Source: Eledone cirrhosa
Taxonomy: Eukaryota
Direction of reading: 5' to 3'
Assembly (NCBI GenBank): GCA_964016885.1
Contig: OZ024752.1
Coordinates: 46,562,001 to 46,626,000, forward strand
Length of the DNA stretch: 64,000 nucleotides
Shown: positions 54,009 through 64,000 of the stretch, one piece after another
Numbering within the stretch: position 1 is the first letter of the stretch
Layout: each line of letters opens with the position of its first letter
The notes under the pieces: model-generated
The model's database searches: none
The model's input: the letters and a program-made list of their open reading frames with translations, nothing else
What the model was told of the DNA's origin: nothing
Translations under genes and position numbers: made by a program

Positions 54009-54114
54009 ATGAAATCAAACGGAGACAATGTCTCTTCCTCGCCTCTAACTATAACTATCATGTATCTCGGACTATTTATACTCACCATTTTATCTGCCAG
54101 CAGATCTCCTCACG
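54009..54114 (+). CDS. putative first coding exon of a secreted or membrane protein (signal-peptide-like)
   Basis: ATG at 54009 gives MKSNGDNVSSSPLTITIMYLGLFILTILSASRSPH with a hydrophobic core, then a strong CG|GTAAGG phase-1 donor. It is unique sequence amid repeats. Confidence 0.55.
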
Positions 54115-54311
54115 GTAAGGGACTCACCTGTCATTTTTAATTCATTCATTAAATAACAATAATAATAATAATTACCGTGTTTTTAACGAGGGGTGAGTTT
54201 TTTTGGGGGGGGGGGTAGTTTGGTGTCCGAGAGGAAATATTTTGTGTCGTTCGTGTCATTTCAAAGGGTGTGAGTGAGGTGAAATGTTATAATAATAATA
54301 ATAATAATAAT

Positions 54312-55405
54312 AATTGTTTCTACTGTAGGCACAAGGCCAGCAATTACCCCAGTGCATTACTGGTACTTGTACTTTTATTTTATCGACCCCCGCAAGGATG
54401 AATAGCAAAGTTAACCTCGGCGGTAATAATAATGATAATAGTGTTTTCTAATTTAGACACAAGGCCAGTAATCTTTTGGTGGGGGAGGGGGGGGGGGGCA
54501 ATGTCGATTAAATCGACCCCAGTGCATTACTGGTACTTCTACTTGTACTTTATTTTATTTTATCGAACCCGTAAGAATGAAAAACAAAGCTAACCTCAGC
54601 GGGATTTGAACTCAGATCGTAAAAGGCCGTAACTCTATGCCATAAAACATGTTGTCCGACACTCCACCGAATAATAATAATAATAATAATAATAATAACT
54701 ATCATTATTATTTTTATTATTATCATTATTATTAGTCCCTTTACGGTTTGAGTTCAAATCCCGCCGAAGTTAACTTTGCCTTTCATCCTTACGGGGTCGA
54801 TAAAATAAAGTACCAGTAATACACTGGGGTAATAGCTGGCCTTGTGCCAATAGTAGAAACAAGTATTATTAACAAGTGTTTTTCGTGGGATCCGAAGTGA
54901 TGAAGTGTTATGCTATCCGTAATGTCAGAACCAAATCACTCTTGCATAGGGCATCCCAGTTGAAAACTTCAGCGAGGGCCCTTGCGTGTTATTTAAAGTA
55001 GCTCCCTCCACACACAAAAAATGAATTTGGGGGGGCAGTAAATATTGTTGGGGGGATCCAGTACCCCCACGCTAATCCCTAATCCGCCACAGGTTTGTAA
55101 GGTTTAATGTGAAGTTGATTGAAACCGTAGTTACAGTTTCGTTTATATGGAGTTTACTTACTTATTGTGTTACAATAACAACAATAGCTTCTATTTTTGA
55201 CAGCAATATTTTGTGTGGTGGTGTTGGTGGTGGGATATCGATTATATCAGTCAGTTATTGATCTGGTTCTTTATTATATCAACCTCGGAAGGATGAAAGG
55301 CAAAGTTGACTTGGACGGGATTTGAACTCAAAACGTAATAATAATTGCCGTTATGTTAGCCCAAGGCCAGAAAATTGTGGGTGGTGAGGGTGAAAGTAAA
55401 GTTGG

Positions 55406-55447
<42 letters not shown>

Positions 55448-55940
55448 CGAAGGAAATGTGGTAAGGAACCAGGTGGACCATAACGCACAAAAGTACTCAA
55501 TACTTAGGGTAGTAGAGTGGGTAATAGGAACGAGTAGGACCACCCTGATGTTTATTTTATTGGCTTGCGGCTGCTGACACTTGCTTTGGTTGGGGAGCCG
55601 GCGAGATTTGAACTCAACTTTGAAGCTTTTACACAACTGGTCCCGTCTGTAGTGTGGCTCTTTTGAGGACAATAACAAGAACAGCAACAAACAGACTCTA
55701 ACACAACAGAGAACCTCTAGACACGCTAGAAATAGCAGGGAAATTTCTCCAAAACCAGACACTGTTGTGTTTAATAATAATGTTTTCTTAATTAGCTACA
55801 AGGTTTGTGATTTAGGCTCAAAGCCAATACTTTTTTTTATTGGGGAGGAATCGATTAAATCAACCCCAATGCGTTACTGGTACTTTATTTTATCGACTTA
55901 GTAAGGATGAAAGTTAAAGCTAACCTTGACGGGATTTGCT
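54312..55940. mobile_element. cluster of SINE family A fragments in both orientations
   Basis: Matches at 54312-54423, 54442-54670, 54735-54865, 55240-55335 and 55790-55940. Confidence 0.8.
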
Positions 55941-56491
55941 GTGTTAATAATATTAAAGGAAATATCAGTAATATGTTCGGAGTATACTCTATCTGAAATA
56001 AAGACGGGATGGTCACAACTGGAAAGTCTTTAATCATAGATCTCCTGGATCAGCATCAACCCTGACTTTCGACTAAACACTACGACCATCAGCAGCAACA
56101 TCAACAACAGAAAGCAACAGGGTGCTCGAGAAATGTGCTCTCCTTCGTCCACTAGGGTTAATATAGCGCACCTGCTTCAAACACCTGGTTATATGGGTGG
56201 GTGTGTATCTATCTATAATATATATAATATATATATATATAATATATATATATATGTAGAAGTTCTATTTAAATTGTTGGGATACAACAAGCAACTATTT
56301 TTATAACTGATATAAAGCACTCAACAAATTATTGGAGTAAAAATACGATATATTAACAAATGGAAACTATATTTATAAAACCATATTTATTTCATTATAC
56401 ATATTTCAAGGACTATCCGGGAGCACCCAACAGAAATGGTCGCATATTCTAAGGGTATGTCAGTATTTATTTATAAAACTGATCTATATTA

Positions 56492-56548
56492 TATTTTATC
56501 TGATGAAAGCGCACCATAATTTAACTTGGTGTCCTTGAAATATGTATG
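56492..56548 (+). ncRNA. hammerhead motif, 3'-truncated
   Basis: TATTTTAT-CTGATGA-AAGCGCACCA...TGGTGTCCTT-GAAA-TATGTA-TG; an inverted partial copy is at about 56380-56412. Confidence 0.55.
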
Positions 56549-56736
56549 TTTATATATACACACACACACATGGAATGACCAAATGAGGTTTATTTTTCAA
56601 CATAGGCCTTAAAAAGAAACAATGCACATATTAATATAAGAAGAGTTGAAATTAATACATGTAAGATTTCACTGCTCTAGCATCACTCCTTCATTGTCTA
56701 GTCAGCCCATGAACCTTTCAGCAGACCCTCGTATGC

Positions 56737-56774
<38 letters not shown>

Positions 56775-57584
56775 GAGCTTCTACAAGACTAGAACTGTTT
56801 CATTCGTGAGAAGAAAGGTATCTCCTAATGTTTACCTTGTAAATCTTTCACCTTTTGAAAGTTTTTTATATCGATAAAATGAAAGATTTAGTTCTGCAAT
56901 ATATATATATATATATATATTGCAGAACTAAATCTTTCATTTTATCGATTTTATATATATATACACATATATATATATTTTTTCCAAATGATTTTATTTG
57001 GGAATTTTTCATTTATTTATTCGATACCTACTTGCTTCCTTCCTCGTTTGCAACTGTTTACAATTAATTGCTACTCGAAAATAAATTACATTAACAAGGT
57101 GAGGCAATTAGATGTGGAACACAAAATAGAAAGAAAGAATCTTGCCGAAGGCTGTCATGAAACTTGCACGTTTCATTCAATTTTATTTCGGTATTAGTTT
57201 TTTTTTTATTTTCAGTTTCTCCTTTAACTGTAATTCGCTTTCGTTTTATTTTCTGCCATTTTATATACCTAAAGCGAAACTCTCCCCTCCTCCTTCCATT
57301 TTCAACTTTATTTACTTTAAACACTTCATCTTCTTCGTCTTCATTTTATTCATCATTATTTCAGATCCCGCCGAGGTTAACATTGCCTTTCATTCTTACG
57401 GGGTCGATAAAATAAAGTACCAGTAATACACTGAGGTAATTGCTGGCCTTGAGCCAAAAGTAGAAACAATTATTAATACTATTTCCTACAGGACAGTGGT
57501 TCCCACTCTGGGTTATCCAGAAAGATATTATTGGTGTCGTCTGTGAGACAACTTTAAACTTTCAAGTACTTTCTTTAAAAGCAT

Positions 57585-58991
57585 AACACACCACACACAC
57601 TATTGGCTATTCTTCTCTAAGTATAAACACACCACACACTATTGGGTATTCTTCTCTATGTATAACACACCACACACACTATTGGCTATTCTTCTCTAAG
57701 TATAACACACCACACACACTATTGGGTATTCTTCTCTATGTATAACACACCACACACACTATTGGCTATTCTTCTCTAAGTATAAACACACCACACACTA
57801 TTGGCTATTCTTCTCTAAGTATAAACACACCACACACTATTGGCTATTCTTCTCTAAGTATAACACACCACACACTATTGGCTATTCTTCTCTAAGTATA
57901 ACACACCACACATACTATTGGCTATTCTTCTCTAAGTATAAACACACCACACACTATTGGCTATTCTTCTCTAAGTATAACACACCACACACACTATTGG
58001 CTATTCTTCTCTAAGTATAACACACCACACATACTATTGGCTATTCTTCTCTAAGTATAAACACACCACACACTATTGGCTATTCTTCTCTAAGTATAAC
58101 ACACCACACACACTATTGGCTATTCTTCTCTAAGTATAACACACCACACATACTATTGGCTATTCTTCTCTAAGTATAAACACACCACACACTATTGGCT
58201 ATTCTTCTCTAAGTATAACACACCACACATACTATTGGCTATTCTTCTCTAAGTATAACACACCACACATACTATTGGCTATTCTTCTCTAAGTATAAAC
58301 ACCACACACACTATTGGCTATTCTTCTCTAAGTATAACACACCACACATACTATTGGCTATTCTTCTCTAAGTATAACACACCACACACACTATTGGCTA
58401 TTCTTCTCTAAGTATAACACACCACACATACTATTGGCTATTCTTCTCTAAGTATAAACACACCACACACACTATTGGCTATTCTTCTCTATGTATAACA
58501 CACCACACATACTATTGGCTATTCTTCTCTAAGTATAAACACACCACACACACTATTGGGTATTCTTCTCTATGTATAACACACCACACACACTATTGGG
58601 TATTCTTCTCTAAGTATAAACACACCACACACACTATTGGCTATTCTTCTCTAAGTATAAACACACCACACACACTATTGGCTATTCTTCTCTATGTATA
58701 ACACACCACACACACTATTGGCTATTCTTCTCTATGTATAACACACCACACACACTATTGGCTATTCTTCTCTATGTATAACACACCACACACACTATTG
58801 GGTATTCTTCTCTATGTATAAACACACCACACACTATTGGGTATTCTTCTCTAAGTATAAACACACCACACACACTATTGGCTATTCTTCTCTAAGTATA
58901 AACACACCACACACACTATTGGCTATTCTTCTCTAAGTATAAACACACCACACACACTATTGGGTATTCTTCTCTAAGTATAAACACACCA
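57585..58991. repeat. 38-41-bp minisatellite (TAACACACCACACACACTATTGGCTATTCTTCTCTAAGTA), about 36 copies
   Basis: Tandem periodicity. Confidence 0.96.
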
Positions 58992-59554
58992 TATAATGCT
59001 GTTACAGGGTCGATAAAATAAAGTACCAGTAATGCACTGAGATCGATTTAATCGACTTTCCCCTCTTCCTCCAAAACTGTTGGCCTTGCGCCTAAAATCA
59101 ACAATCATTGTTACGTTCTAAGTTCAAAACCCGCCGAAGGTTAGCTTCGCTTTTCATCCTTTTGGGGGTCGATGAAATAAAGTACCAGTAACACACTGCC
59201 TAAAACCAGAAACCATTCTATAGTTATCTGCGTTGTGGCGACTATATTTTCAAATTTAAAATATATCTAAAAGAATACATCCTTCTGAAAGAATCGCGAG
59301 CAATTTATAATGTTATCTAAGCATTTGTAATGTTATTTATGTATATATTTAAAACATATTTGTTATGTTGTTCAACTGTAAATTTATTTATATGCTTTAT
59401 ATAATAAAAGTTTACTTAATTTAAAATAAAAAGATGTCCTTGGTAAAGAAAATATATACAAATAAAAACATATATAGCAAAGTCGGAAAGGACAGTTGCG
59501 TGATTTTCACCTGTAGGTCGTCCGATAGTGAATGTAAATATAGAATGAATGGAA

Positions 59555-59737
59555 GGTGTTGGTTGTGTTGGTGGTGATTGTGTTGGTGGTGGTTGTGTTG
59601 GTGGTGGTTGTGTTGGTGGTGATTGTGTTGGTGGTGGTTGTGTTGGTGGTGGTTGTGTTGGTGGTGGTTGTGTTGGTGGTGATTGTGTTGGTGGTGGTTG
59701 TGTTGGTGGTGGTTGTGTTGGTGGTGATTGTGTTGGA
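59555..59737. repeat. 15-bp minisatellite (GGTGGTGGTTGTGTT)
   Basis: About 12 copies. Confidence 0.9.
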
Positions 59738-59948
59738 GTAACCATCATCACCAACATTAGCTTCACTATCATTTCAAATGTAGTGGTGACTCACACATAT
59801 ATAAACTATAGAAATACCTATGTTGGCACACCCACTGGTTCTGATGACGAACAATAGTAACGTGTAAGTGGCTGAGCATTCTCTATAAACATGTGCACCT
59901 TTAACGTAGTTCTCAGGGAGATACAGATTCAAAGTGATACCATGGCCG

Positions 59949-60000
<52 letters not shown>

Positions 60001-60513
60001 CGAAGGAGTTGTGGTAAGAAACCAGATGGACCATAACGCACCAGAGTACTCAATACTTAGGGTCCAGAAATAGCCGTCGAAACGGCTTGAGCTCTGCCGT
60101 CGGGGTCATTTTCCTATATATATATATATATATATAGGAAAATGACCCCGACGGCATATATATATATATATTCAGAATGTTAACAAATGAAAAATATTCA
60201 CATAATCAAAATATATACTTTATTATATATATATATATATACACACACACACAGTCCCCCCCCCCCCTCAAAAAAAATGTATACACACTTTTATTAGAAT
60301 GGTGTTGAAGTGTGTATACATTTTTTTAACACCCTGTATATATAAAGTAATAAGTTTATCGAAGGTAAAACGTCGGTAAGACTAGTTTTAATATAACTGT
60401 GGCTTAATAATAATTATATTTGTGTCCTGTTCAATCGATTTCTTTTGAATGAAACAGTTCTAGTCCTGTAGAAGCCATTTCTATATTAAATATATGTGAT
60501 TGTATATATATAT

Positions 60514-60561
<48 letters not shown>

Positions 60562-60666
60562 CATATGTATGAATGTATGCAGATATATTTTTTCTACATA
60601 TATATATATAATTTTATTCAGTTGTATAAAAAATATATCTACATACATCCATACATATGTATATGC

Positions 60667-60700
<34 letters not shown>

Positions 60701-60747
60701 GTATAATAAACAATACAATATAATTACCTCATTACCAGCGGAAACTT

Positions 60748-60804
<57 letters not shown>

Positions 60805-60958
60805 ATTAAATAAATGGAAAACTATATTTATAAAACCATAAAAAAATATAGTTTTCCATTTATTTAATATTGTAAATATACTCCAAATATTTGTCGAGTG
60901 CTTTTATATTAGTTATAAATATTTACTAGTTGTAACCCAACAATTTTAAATATAACTT

Positions 60959-60998
<40 letters not shown>

Positions 60999-61045
60999 GT
61001 ATAATAAACAATACAATATAATTACCTCATTACCAGCGGAAACTT

Positions 61046-61085
<40 letters not shown>

Positions 61086-61484
61086 AATAAATAAATAAAT
61101 TATTCAATTCAATTCAATAGTTTTATTTTGCGCCTAAATGCGTATAATAAAATATATGATTTTATATAAATACATAAAGAAAATGGAAATATTTGTTGTT
61201 ATTTGTTTAATACTCAACAAATGTTATTGCTGAAAAAAATGAAGGAAGGATGAATAAAACAAAAGCATGGTTATCGATCGAGTTTGGTGCCAGTAAATGG
61301 TACATGGAACCATATCTAACATGTGTGTTGCAGTTGTAGCAGACGAGAGTCTGTTGTTGTTGGTGTTGTTGTTGTTGGTGGTAAAGATACTACCTTTTAA
61401 AACAACAAGTAGGGTGATCTTTCAGTGATATGACGCATGCATATACACGACCCTGTCTAGCGATGTATGCAGGTGCGTGCAGAC

Positions 61485-61537
<53 letters not shown>

Positions 61538-61620
61538 GGAGGTGAGTTTTATTGTAGTACAATAAAGCAATGCAGATATCGGATAAGAAGCACTCTACAG
61601 TTTGTGGGACTGGAGTATGC

Positions 61621-61945
61621 ATAATATAAGATCAAAAGATGGTTAAAGGAGTTCCATATATTTTATTATGCGCATTTCAAAAACAAACATCATCAAACAA
61701 TAATATTTGTGTTTTCATCAGATAAAACAGGAGAACATGATATGAAGGCTAAAAAACACTTGTTGATAGTGCAGTTTTAAATCAACATATCATTTAAAAC
61801 TGCACTATCAACAAGTGTTTTTTAGCCTTCATATCATGTTCTCCTGTTTTATCTGATGAAAACACAAATATTATTGTTTGATGATGTTTGTTTTTGAAAT
61901 GCGCATAATAAAATATATGGAACTCCTTTAACCATCTTTTGATCT

Positions 61946-61953
<8 letters not shown>
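61621..61953. mobile_element. perfect inverted repeat with about 160-bp arms, carrying paired hammerheads (61659-61729 -, 61845-61915 +)
   Basis: The arms are exact reverse complements by eye, around a 9-nt spacer (61783-61791); same family as 48224 and 52388. Confidence 0.82.
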
Positions 61954-61979
<26 letters not shown>

Positions 61980-61998
61980 TTGTGTGTGTGTATATGTT

Positions 61999-62033
<35 letters not shown>

Positions 62034-62375
62034 ATGTGAATATGTGTGTGTATGTGTATATATGTGTGTATGTCTGTGTATATATATATATATATGTAGG
62101 TGCCTGTGTGAATATATGTGTGTATATATAGCGTATTTGTGTATATATGTATGCGTGTGTGTATATATATATATCTGTGTGTATATATATGTGTGTGTGT
62201 GTATGTGTATGTGTATATATGTATCCGTCTGTGTGAATATATACGTGTGTATATATGTATGTATGTATGTGTGCGTGAATATACGTGTGTATATATATAT
62301 AAAAAAAAAATAATGAAAATTGTGTAGTGTTCAGGTGCGCTACGTACGTGCGTGCGTGAATATATGTGTGTGTAT

Positions 62376-62418
<43 letters not shown>

Positions 62419-62423
62419 AATAA

Positions 62424-62459
<36 letters not shown>

Positions 62460-62531
62460 ATACACAAGGTGTTCCAAAATGTATACACACTTTGATTACC
62501 TGTACAGGCAATATTTATTAGAATGCTGTTA

Positions 62532-62601
<70 letters not shown>

Positions 62602-62866
62602 GTGTATGTATGTATATGTATGTATGGTTGCGGGAACGAGTGCTCAATACCATAGCAGAGATTAATATGTGATTATTAATCTCTGCTATGGTATTGAGTA
62701 CTCGTTCCCGCAACCATACATATACATACACATTATACATATATATACATACACATTATATTTATATATATATATATACATACATACACATTCAACCCTT
62801 GTAATTTTAGACACACGGTTTACTGTGTTTCTTACTATATATTATATATATATATATACATACATA

Positions 62867-62917
<51 letters not shown>

Positions 62918-63011
62918 AACAGCATAAATATTGCCTGTACAGGTAATCAAGGTGTGTATACACACACACATTATTAAGGTCGAGCCAGTGTCTTGTTAGC
63001 CAGGAGTTTGT

Positions 63012-63065
<54 letters not shown>

Positions 63066-63156
63066 GTGTTAAACAATATTCAATGATTATGTCAAAGAAT
63101 GAGTTTTACAGTAGATTGGAAGCACTCAACCGAAAAAATAATTTTCAGGAGTTATT

Positions 63157-63409
63157 AATATTAAAATATAAGTATTAATAGAATAGCTCTTCTTTTGATC
63201 AATTACATTTTATTATACATATTTCGGGTGTACAACAGTACGTTCTCATCAGACAAAATCTTGATTAAATCTTAACCATTTAACATCTCAGGGTATGTCA
63301 TGTATCATTATATTTTGTCTGATGAGGACGTACTGTTGTACACCCGAAATATGTATAATAAAATGTAATTGATCAAAAGAACATCTATTCTATTAATACT
63401 TATATTTTA

Positions 63410-63410
<1 letters not shown>
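63157..63410. mobile_element. inverted repeat with paired hammerheads (63207-63259 -, 63312-63364 +)
   Basis: ATTTTGT-CTGATGA-GGACGTAC tgtt GTACACCC-GAAA-TATGTA-TA-ATAAAAT and its near reverse complement. Confidence 0.8.
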
Positions 63411-63462
<52 letters not shown>

Positions 63463-63554
63463 ATTTTATTAGGCTTGTGCCTACAGTAGAAATCCTTATT
63501 TCGACAGATCCAGTCATAATTATACATGATATATGGGAATCTATACACATGTAT

Positions 63555-63587
<33 letters not shown>

Positions 63588-63804
63588 CATATACACTCAC
63601 TATAAACATGTACTCTGTGTGAGAGAGAGAGGGGGGGGTTGTGTGGTGGGTAAAAATGGGTCCAGTCATAATTCGATTTGGTTGCTGTGAGTAATCGAAC
63701 GGTAATCGAATCTGTGCTGTTATATACTGTGATAGAAAACAAAACATTTATCTACGGAGTGGAGTGTAATTGTGACAGGGATAGAGAGGGGGGGGGGGGG
63801 TAAT

Positions 63805-64000
63805 GATGTGGTGGTGGTGGTATTGTTGGTGGTGGTGGTGGTGGTACTGGTGGTGGTGGTGGTGTTGATGGTATTGTTGTTGTTGGTGATGGTGGTACTG
63901 GTGGTGGTGGTGGTGGTGGTGTTGATGGTATTGTTGTTGTTGGTGATGGTGGTACTGGTGGTGGTGGTGTTGATGGTATTGTTGTTGTTGTTGGTGGTGT
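63805..64000. repeat. (GGT/GTT)n low-complexity tract
   Basis: Simple repeat running to the window end. Confidence 0.9.

Noticed and set aside
61334-61428. Possible second exon of the 54009 gene (CTAAC...TGCAG, reading VVADES...)
   Set aside because: It runs straight into a (TTG)n repeat and a stop, with no convincing donor.

Overview
AT-rich, microsatellite-saturated animal genomic DNA. It is very probably from an octopus or other cephalopod, judged from the SINE/LINE families (an inference). Almost all long ORFs in the supplied track are translations of simple repeats. One gene is recognisable: the last five coding exons of RBBP5 (+ strand, 447-4724), identified by the WDR5-binding EEVDVT motif and the downstream SSDEE...LP..PE..DPEE and DEIHPFL segments, with consistent splice phases. 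A probable signal-peptide first exon lies at 54009-54114 (+). A chain of exon-like islands on the minus strand (about 53030 down to 7830) may be a divergent spliced lncRNA or orphan gene. The rest is tRNA-derived SINEs, RTE and CR1 LINE 3' fragments, piggyBac- and Tc1-type MITEs, and many minisatellites that visibly derive from pieces of those elements. The most striking unexplained structure is at least 15 hammerhead-ribozyme cores (CUGANGA...GAAA-palindrome-UH) from several unrelated short families, typical of Penelope-like elements or retrozymes. They mostly sit in or beside (TA)n tracts and often occur as inverted fold-back pairs. There is also a diverged palindrome of about 470 bp carrying two convergent tRNA-like Pol III cassettes.
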